Origin: a virus
Lineage: Duplodnaviria; Caudoviricetes
Reading direction: 5' to 3' (one strand)
Length of the DNA stretch: 64,000 nucleotides
IMG/VR virus record: IMGVR_UViG_3300013382_000008
Coordinates: 1 to 64,000 of that record
Of this stretch, positions 57,659 to 64,000 are shown piece after piece; positions within the stretch are counted from its first letter, which is position 1; every line of letters begins with the position of its first letter. Under the pieces are notes generated by a model. That model ran no database searches, had not been told where the DNA came from, and was given only the letters and a program-made list of their open reading frames with translations. Position numbers and translations under genes: made by a program.

Positions 57659-58898
57659 ATCTATAATTTAATACTTTTAATATGTTTGTCAATATATATA
57701 ATGCTATCTTAGTATTAAGAATTACACTCTTATTGTTATTTTCATTATCAGTACCTACAATGTTTACAGTGATTTCTTTCCCCTTGAATGTACAAACTTT
57801 TTTTCCTGTGTATGCACTGTAATTGTTTGTATAATAACTTGACATATAATAATAAATATTATTATTGTTTATAATGCACTCTCTTAAAATATTTTTATCC
57901 TTGAGAGATAAAAAGTTTGTAGTTACTTCTTTCTTATTATATAATTCATTATACCAATCAATAAAAGCATTACTAATTAAGATAATAAATTCAATATACG
58001 ACATCCCTATGGAATAGGAGCCCTTTATATAATTGAATTTAAGCTTTTTTAAATTGATAAAATATTTTACAAACTCTTTTAAATTGATAGTCCTAAGAAT
58101 GTCTGCTGAAAAATTAGGTTTTTCATAAACAATATACTTATTATTATCCCTTATTAAATTATCAGTAGTTAATTTTTCTAAATAATGATAGGGGATTCCA
58201 TCAATAGATTCTACAGTCACATATTTACTTAGTTCAAGACAAAACATGTTCCATATGTCTTCATTATATTCTATATTAAGGAGAGTCATTGTATTTTTAA
58301 TTGGACCAACCCCAACACAAGGTTTTTCAAATTGTGTAAAATCACGCTTAGGGATAGTTCTAACATGACTATGTAGATAATTATTATTAAAATGTAGGGG
58401 GGAATATTCTGACCTATTAAGGGTAAAAATTCCTTCCATAATGCCATTATATTTTATTTTTACCTTAGCCCATAGATGATTAATATCCACAAATCTATCA
58501 TTTTCATTGGTTACCCTTACATGAGGAAAATGTATGAGAATAAATATATCTTTGAACTTAAGGATACCTATATAAACTCTAAGTGAATCATTCTTAAAAA
58601 CTTCTATAATTTTTTCTATTATATTACTAGATAGATTATCAATAGTCTTTTTATCTATATCTAAGATATTTGTTTCCTCAACTAGGTTACCAATGATATT
58701 ACGGGGTATATATTCACTTAAAGGAGCAGTCTTCAGCCAATGTAAGAACTCATTCAAACTATAATAATTTTGCATATCTACTTTATCTTCACCAAAGAAG
58801 TCATTGAATATCTGTAATATTCTAAGAGGTCTTTCCATTATAGAATTATAAAGTTCCTTTGCTTGACTATCAAATAATTCAATTAAATTTTTTTCCAT
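57597..58898 (-). CDS. Putative E2-like (prokaryotic UBC-fold) conjugating enzyme
   Basis: YLHSHV...PCVG (HPN-like motif plus Cys-x-Gly) after beta strands, lying between the Ubl and JAB genes. Likely start MEKNL at 58898. Confidence 0.65.
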   Translation of the reverse strand: MEKNLIELFDSQAKELYNSIMERPLRILQIFNDFFGEDKVDMQNYYSLNEFLHWLKTAPLSEYIPRNIIGNLVEETNILDIDKKTIDNLSSNIIEKIIEVFKNDSLRVYIGILKFKDIFILIHFPHVRVTNENDRFVDINHLWAKVKIKYNGIMEGIFTLNRSEYSPLHFNNNYLHSHVRTIPKRDFTQFEKPCVGVGPIKNTMTLLNIEYNEDIWNMFCLELSKYVTVESIDGIPYHYLEKLTTDNLIRDNNKYIVYEKPNFSADILRTINLKEFVKYFINLKKLKFNYIKGSYSIGMSYIEFIILISNAFIDWYNELYNKKEVTTNFLSLKDKNILRECIINNNNIYYYMSSYYTNNYSAYTGKKVCTFKGKEITVNIVGTDNENNNKSVILNTKIALYILTNILKVLNYRYGRDKAICQGDKFGTEVKYL

Positions 58899-58902
58899 AA
58901 GT

Positions 58903-58951
58903 AAAAAATAAAAAAATAGGTAAGAAGGCATTTTCAACCTCCTTACCTATT
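58903..58951 (-). terminator. Intrinsic terminator/attenuator between the Ubl gene and the E2-JAB-E1 genes
   Basis: - strand AATAGGTAAGGAGG-9nt-CCTTCTTACCTATT (one G.U pair) followed by TTTTTATTTTTT. Confidence 0.8.
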
Positions 58952-58962
58952 ATTGTTTATTG

Positions 58963-59652
58963 TTAATTATCCCCCATTCCTGCAAACATGGCAGTAATTT
59001 CATCATCAGAGTAAGGGGAAGCTGTCTTAGGTTCATGCTCTTTAGAAGGTGCAGCGGCTACAGCTATTTCACCCTCAAGAATACCAAGCACTTCCTCTTT
59101 ATCATAATCCTCAATTGTACTATTGTACTCAAGAATCTCTACCAACGTGGTGAGAGCAGCTCTTGCTTTCATATCAACACCTTCATTACATTTGTTCACA
59201 GGTGTTGCAGGGGTACTTGCTTTAGGCATAGCCACAGACTTTAAAGCCTCTTTGTCCTGTATTAATGCAACAAGGTCAGCAGTCTTGCACATAGTGAAAT
59301 TCTTACCAAACTTCTCTTTACAAGTTTTCTGTAAACCCATAGACTTGATAGTCTCATATACTTCAGCTCTAGTCATTACAGAAGCCCCACTTTTAATTTT
59401 CTTATTGGCATTAGTAAGCATGAAAACCAATTCATTTGTAATAGTACCCTTATAAGGAACATCATGTGGTAGAACTGAAGCATCAGTCTTCAATTCAACC
59501 TTTGATGTACCCTCAAAGAAAGACATATTATTATAATCAATCCCATTATCATGCAAATCTTTTTTCAACTCGGCAAGAGTTGTAGCTGCTGACATAATAA
59601 CACTTTTCTTCTGGTTCTTAGTCTCAATGATTGTAATTTTTCTAGCTTCCAT
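58963..59652 (-). CDS. Putative ubiquitin-like (beta-grasp) protein precursor with C-terminal extension
   Basis: Residues 1-89 follow a beta-beta-alpha-beta-beta-beta pattern (RKITIIE, KSVIMS, TTLAELKKDL, MSFFE, VEL, ELVFMLT) ending KKIKSG. First gene of the E2/JAB/E1 cluster. Confidence 0.65.
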   Translation of the reverse strand: MEARKITIIETKNQKKSVIMSAATTLAELKKDLHDNGIDYNNMSFFEGTSKVELKTDASVLPHDVPYKGTITNELVFMLTNANKKIKSGASVMTRAEVYETIKSMGLQKTCKEKFGKNFTMCKTADLVALIQDKEALKSVAMPKASTPATPVNKCNEGVDMKARAALTTLVEILEYNSTIEDYDKEEVLGILEGEIAVAAAPSKEHEPKTASPYSDDEITAMFAGMGDN

Positions 59653-59692
59653 ATTTTTATTTCTTAAATTGTTAAACTTAAATTTTATTTTT

Positions 59693-60730
59693 TTAATCTA
59701 TACAAAAGGGTAAATCATACCATCCATCCTCTTGTCTTGAAGGATTAAACAAGGGCTTGATTATTTTAATGAACTTCTCTTTTCCATTGGCTTTGAATAA
59801 ATCACTTATGTCCTTTCCTTCGTTAAATGGAGGTAATACTACATTAGTAAAGCCTGTTTCCTTAGCTAACTTTTGAGCATCTTTTAATCCTGGCTCATCA
59901 TTATCCAAGCAAATGAAGATTTGTTTATACCTTCTTTTTAGTTCACTAATTGCAGTATCACTCATCCTATATCCCTCTCCTTGAATGGCAATGGAGGGAA
60001 TATTTGTGTTAGCCCATAGACATAAAGCGTCTTTCAATGAGGAACATATGCATATTTGTTCTCCATATTCAGGCACTTTAGTCCATAGACTTATTACAGA
60101 ATTATCATGTTTGTTACTCCATTTATACCCAGCTTTATTGAAAGGTTGGTATATCTTTAGAGTAACTTTACCTTCTTTGTGTTCTACATAAGCATAAGCA
60201 TATTTATCAGCCCCAAACACATATCTATGACCATCTTTTATGACAATCTTATGAGATATGGGGTAAACCTCTGCATACTTGAGCCATTCCAAAGTTATAC
60301 CATAGGATTTCCAATATTCAATATCATAATCTCTCCAATCTCTAACTTTACATTGTAAATCAACACCTTTACTATAATTATTTGTGCTTCTTACAATACA
60401 AGAAGTATATGAATGAACATTGGCACTCCCATAGAATTTTGGAATGTCATTATATATTTTACTTAAAACTTCATTAAAACTACAATGCCATAGTTTTTTA
60501 AGAAGGTCAAACAAACCTCCCCCATCTTTTGTAGCAAAATCTATGTAAAATATTCTTTTCCCATCAGTAGAATATAAGCCAAATGAAGGCTTTTTATCAT
60601 CTCTAAGAGGACTATTCATTATGCATGGAACCTCTTTGATTCCTAAGTAATATGACAGAATATCTGCTTCTGTCACCTTGCTTAGTACATCATCAAGGCT
60701 TGTTGAGGTTCTACCTTTGCTGATTGCCAT
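59693..60730 (-). CDS. DNA primase (TOPRIM)
   Basis: SPLRDDKKPSF, DFAT, SSLKDALC, CLDNDEPG, KDISD. Confidence 0.85.
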   Translation of the reverse strand: MAISKGRTSTSLDDVLSKVTEADILSYYLGIKEVPCIMNSPLRDDKKPSFGLYSTDGKRIFYIDFATKDGGGLFDLLKKLWHCSFNEVLSKIYNDIPKFYGSANVHSYTSCIVRSTNNYSKGVDLQCKVRDWRDYDIEYWKSYGITLEWLKYAEVYPISHKIVIKDGHRYVFGADKYAYAYVEHKEGKVTLKIYQPFNKAGYKWSNKHDNSVISLWTKVPEYGEQICICSSLKDALCLWANTNIPSIAIQGEGYRMSDTAISELKRRYKQIFICLDNDEPGLKDAQKLAKETGFTNVVLPPFNEGKDISDLFKANGKEKFIKIIKPLFNPSRQEDGWYDLPFCID

Positions 60731-60750
60731 ACTTACATATTTAACTATTA

Positions 60751-61695
60751 TTACTTACCAAAATCCCAAGGAGTATCACTAGAGGAATCACTAGACGAAT
60801 CACTGGCTGGGAAAGGCATTTCTGAGGAACTGGATTTACTGAGGTCTGTAGCCTCTACATCATATTCTTTCAAATCACATACTGAAAACTCAGTACTAGG
60901 ATAAGCTCCTGCTTCCTTTCTCTCCTGTAAATTCTTATCCAATCTACTATAATCAGTGATATTGTTTCTTAAGAACATCTGATTATATACAGCCTGATAT
61001 TGTTTATTATCATCAGTAGTTCTTACACCAAATAACACCTTGACTCTATTAGTAGGCTGAAGTGCAATAATATCCTTCAGCTCCTTGAAATTACCCTTGA
61101 AATACTCATTAATATTCTCAAGTCTTGCTTCACAATCACTAGGATTATCAACCATTACCCAAGTATTATTGACATATTTCATCACATTAGGAATATTAAG
61201 ATATGCCTTGATAAAGTTAGTAAGGTCTTCTTCCCCATTATAAGCAGGTCTATAATCCTTATCAATGTTGGCAGGACCATTCTTATACATAGGAATCTCA
61301 TGTGCCTTAGCTTGTTCAATAGTAACCCAAGCTGTCCTACCATACTTATCAATTATCTGTACCTTGGTATGGTCCCTATTATATCTGAAATCCTTCCTGA
61401 CAAAGAATGTTACCTTGGTGGTGAACTCAATGCCTCCACATTTCTCAGCATTAGTCTTGACAATAAAGTCAATTCTCACATTCTGTACTTTATGTTTATC
61501 TTCCCCTACCTCAATCTCACTAATATACTCAGGATTATTCTCAATCTGTGTATTATACAGTTTCTCTAATTCTGCCTTATTAGGATTGACAGCCAATACA
61601 AACACAGGAGCAACTCCTATATATCTCTTTACTACAGCACCTTCTGTGCTTTCTGCGCCTTTACTAAATGCCATGAATGCAAAATTTGTTTTCAT
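60751..61695 (-). CDS. Putative single-stranded DNA-binding protein
   Basis: AVNP...RIDFIV beta-rich core, acidic Ser-rich tail ending PWDFGK. Lies between the AAA ATPase and primase genes. Confidence 0.55.
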   Translation of the reverse strand: MKTNFAFMAFSKGAESTEGAVVKRYIGVAPVFVLAVNPNKAELEKLYNTQIENNPEYISEIEVGEDKHKVQNVRIDFIVKTNAEKCGGIEFTTKVTFFVRKDFRYNRDHTKVQIIDKYGRTAWVTIEQAKAHEIPMYKNGPANIDKDYRPAYNGEEDLTNFIKAYLNIPNVMKYVNNTWVMVDNPSDCEARLENINEYFKGNFKELKDIIALQPTNRVKVLFGVRTTDDNKQYQAVYNQMFLRNNITDYSRLDKNLQERKEAGAYPSTEFSVCDLKEYDVEATDLSKSSSSEMPFPASDSSSDSSSDTPWDFGK

Positions 61696-61766
61696 TATAT
61701 GATTTTTAATATTAATTATATATTATTATTTCTATTTATTTTTAACCTATTTAATTATAGCCTTAA

Positions 61767-62243
61767 TTATTCTCCAAATGGTAAGCCATTGTCCTTTGCA
61801 TTATTAGAAAAATTGGTAGGGTCAAAAGTAGCCTCTTCCTTTTCAGGAGCTTTCTCTGTATCATCCACTGTATCAGGAGCAACCTCCTCAACAATAGGTT
61901 CCTCAATATGAATCTCATATACATTAGATTCCTTATTGAATACTACCACATCTTCTTTTGGTTCATACTTAGTAACCTTTATAGGCTTGTTTGCTTTATC
62001 AACCTTACCAGTGTCCTCAACTTTCTTGACAACCAAGTCTTCACTTGTAAGACCTCCAGTCAATGCTTTAACACCCATTTCATGTCCCTCAATTTCTTCA
62101 ATCAAAGCATTATACTCTGCATTGAGTTCACTAATTTTGGCAGCAACTTTATTCTTCTTTACTACCAAAGGATTAACATTCTGTGCAATTCTTTTTACAC
62201 TTGCAAACTGTCTTAATGTCAATGTTTTCATAACTGTTTTCAT
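61767..62243 (-). CDS. Hypothetical coiled-coil protein with acidic tail ending LPFGE
   Basis: 158-aa ORF. Confidence 0.65.
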   Translation of the reverse strand: MKTVMKTLTLRQFASVKRIAQNVNPLVVKKNKVAAKISELNAEYNALIEEIEGHEMGVKALTGGLTSEDLVVKKVEDTGKVDKANKPIKVTKYEPKEDVVVFNKESNVYEIHIEEPIVEEVAPDTVDDTEKAPEKEEATFDPTNFSNNAKDNGLPFGE

Positions 62244-62276
62244 AATTGTTTTTCTTTAATATATTAAAAAATAACT

Positions 62277-62957
62277 TTATTCATAATATTCTTTCATAGC
62301 TTTCACTACTATACCTAAATCATTAGGTATAAAATCTTCTGTAAACATACCAGCAGGAGATTTAGCTGGAATTTCTATTACACCATCCATGAATCTATGA
62401 GTATAGAAACCATAGGTAGCTACACCTTTGTCATCATATTTAACAGATGAATACAGTACCATTGGAACGACTTCCACAGGATTATACTGAGAATCAAGAA
62501 GCTTACCAATAGTACTTACTTTATATCCTACAATAGAATTATCACTCATAACATCCTCACTATGAAGAATAAGAAAGACATTAATGTCCTCTCTCATATT
62601 CTCAATAGTAGAAATGATTTGTTGAAAGTGCATTCCAAGCTCTGTATATTTGCTATAACCTGCTTCCTTTGCCCTTCTAAAATACTCCTTTCTCATAATA
62701 TATATAGCATCATCTATAATAATATTATGTACATAAGAAGCCCCTTTATCTATACCTTGAAGCATGTTAATTGCTTGGGTGTAATCATCTATTCTAAATA
62801 AGTTCTTAGCTTCCTTATTATATAAAGTACTACTTCCCTTAAAAGGAAGTTTTTTCCCAAGTACATTAAGCACTACAGTTTCTTTGGGGTCAAGACCTTT
62901 GATGCTACTAGATTTTCCAGTACCACTTTTACCCAAAATAATAATTGCATTAGCCAT
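62277..62957 (-). CDS. AAA-family ATPase (AAA_24/Sak4-like recombination ATPase)
   Basis: Walker A GKSGTGKS, Walker B IIIDD, AKSPAGMF...IPNDL. Confidence 0.8.
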   Translation of the reverse strand: MANAIIILGKSGTGKSSSIKGLDPKETVVLNVLGKKLPFKGSSTLYNKEAKNLFRIDDYTQAINMLQGIDKGASYVHNIIIDDAIYIMRKEYFRRAKEAGYSKYTELGMHFQQIISTIENMREDINVFLILHSEDVMSDNSIVGYKVSTIGKLLDSQYNPVEVVPMVLYSSVKYDDKGVATYGFYTHRFMDGVIEIPAKSPAGMFTEDFIPNDLGIVVKAMKEYYE

Positions 62958-62975
62958 TGTTTTCTTTGTTTTTAA

Positions 62976-63014
62976 AATGTTATTTTATAATGTTATTTTA
63001 TAATATTATTTTAA
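62976..63014. repeat. 13-bp AT-rich tandem repeat, 3 copies
   Basis: AATGTTATTTTAT x2 followed by AATATTATTTTAA. Confidence 0.7.
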
Positions 63015-63998
63015 TCTGAAAAGGGTTGCAAATTTACTAAATAATTTAATTTTCCACAACTCTTTATTCTTTTTACTTATTCCATAGCTATAAAAAGATT
63101 TAGCTATCTTTGTTCTCATGTCTTGAAGAGTCTTATAAACATTCTGTATTTTAGGGTCATTAGCCCTTGGTAATTCACTAAAATAATTTACTGCACCATC
63201 AAAATACAATGCTATCATACCTCCAGGACTACCTCCTCTGTTAATAAGCACTTCCAAGAATCTACAATTATCCCTCAGTTTGGTAATGTCATACCCAAAA
63301 TATTCTTTAAGTTCATACTTAAATGGACTAAATATACCAAGCACACAATTACAATCTCTTGCCAAATATTTACTATCTCCAAGATTGGCTATGGTAGGTC
63401 TTACCTTATTCTCTTTGAAAGCATCCAATGATTCTCCTTGAAAGGCTTGCTGCTGGATAGCACATATTGAGAATTTATACCTGTTTCTAAGGATAACAAA
63501 GTACTCACTTAGCTTATCAATGCTTTGTTTGAGGGTCATACCTCTCTCAGTATTAGTTAATGATACATGGTCATAGAATATAATTCTATACTCATCAGGG
63601 TCATCATATTCATACCAATCAAAGGCATCTATAGTTTTGGTTTCCCCAAGTTCTCCTTTCACAAGTTGTTTTTTAGTATGTACCTTACCATGTTCTGTGG
63701 CATATTTTTTACATTCATTATATACTCCTGTTGGATTAGCTGAACTACTAAATATTACATTTGATTCAAAGAATTTCAGTATATTTAGATATTCATCTTT
63801 CTTGAGTAAATCAATGATAGTCTCATCAAGTATCTTGTTATTTCTTGTAGACCTTAAGTTAGTAGGATTGATTCTTATCTTATAACCACTTAAAGTATAT
63901 AGTAGATAAGACATAAATCTTATCATTATATCCTCTGGAGTTTCTTCCAATGGATAATAAAATATCTTAACCCTAATTTTATCAGGGTTATTATAGGC
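63006..63998 (-). CDS. dnaB: Replicative DnaB-like helicase, 5' end outside the window
   Basis: Frame open to the window edge. FYYPLEE, IFYDHVSL (Walker B), IQQQ, RDCN, INRGG match DnaB motifs. Confidence 0.8.
   Translation of the reverse strand, partial: AYNNPDKIRVKIFYYPLEETPEDIMIRFMSYLLYTLSGYKIRINPTNLRSTRNNKILDETIIDLLKKDEYLNILKFFESNVIFSSSANPTGVYNECKKYATEHGKVHTKKQLVKGELGETKTIDAFDWYEYDDPDEYRIIFYDHVSLTNTERGMTLKQSIDKLSEYFVILRNRYKFSICAIQQQAFQGESLDAFKENKVRPTIANLGDSKYLARDCNCVLGIFSPFKYELKEYFGYDITKLRDNCRFLEVLINRGGSPGGMIALYFDGAVNYFSELPRANDPKIQNVYKTLQDMRTKIAKSFYSYGISKKNKELWKIKLFSKFATLFRLK
63027..63060 (-). promoter_or_regulatory. Bacteroidota sigma-A type promoter inside the 3' end of the helicase gene
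   Basis: - strand GTTGTGGA-N16-TAAATTTGCA. Same -33/-7 spacing as the other three. Confidence 0.6.
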
Positions 63999-64000
63999 AT

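Noticed and set aside
110-63885. Many 60-150-aa ORFs antisense to or nested in the main genes
   Set aside because: They are shadows of real genes with no motifs, promoters or coupling.
1-64000. Stop-codon reassignment (TAG to Gln or TGA to Trp), known in some crAss-like phages
   Set aside because: All large genes are uninterrupted in the standard code, and TAG and TGA end genes at sensible, tightly packed positions (e.g. 6755, 37985, 41705, ATGA overlaps).
1-64000. tRNA genes, CRISPR arrays, diversity-generating retroelement, invertible segments
   Set aside because: No cloverleaf, repeat-spacer array, reverse transcriptase or recombinase gene was recognised, and intergenic gaps are short and explained by terminators and promoters.

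Overview
A 64-kb piece of an AT-rich crAss-like phage (Crassvirales) genome from a Bacteroidota host. Gene order and the family A DNA polymerase resemble the beta/Steigviridae (crAss001-like) layout; this is inferred from synteny, not from a search. The + strand (1-26403) carries the virion module: major capsid protein, putative auxiliary capsid, ring, hub and muzzle proteins, a GIY-YIG homing endonuclease, and ejected cargo proteins, including a 2580-aa polyvalent protein with nuclease, zincin and ART-like domains. The - strand (26580-64000) carries two more giant virion proteins (one is the DFDVD-type virion RNA polymerase), thyX, a CpG-richer island of small accessory genes with an HNH endonuclease, polA, a retropepsin, dut, nrdG/nrdD, nucleases, ung, primase, a putative SSB, an AAA ATPase and a truncated DnaB helicase. 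The main finding is a contiguous phage-encoded ubiquitin-like conjugation operon inside the replication arm (54831-59652): Ubl precursor, terminator, E2-like, JAB protease, E1/ThiF, and an orphan gene. Other notable observations: (1) near-exclusive terminal cysteines in the three giant ejection proteins, suggesting a head-to-tail disulfide chain; (2) repeated [AS]-x-G-G-x-hydrophobic motifs that punctuate a modular cargo protein; (3) a homing endonuclease insertion that supplies a recoded copy of its target gene's 3' end; (4) four identically spaced host-type promoters; (5) apparent GATC avoidance. No tRNA, rRNA, CRISPR array or intron was recognised. All protein calls come from motif reading and synteny; no searches were run.
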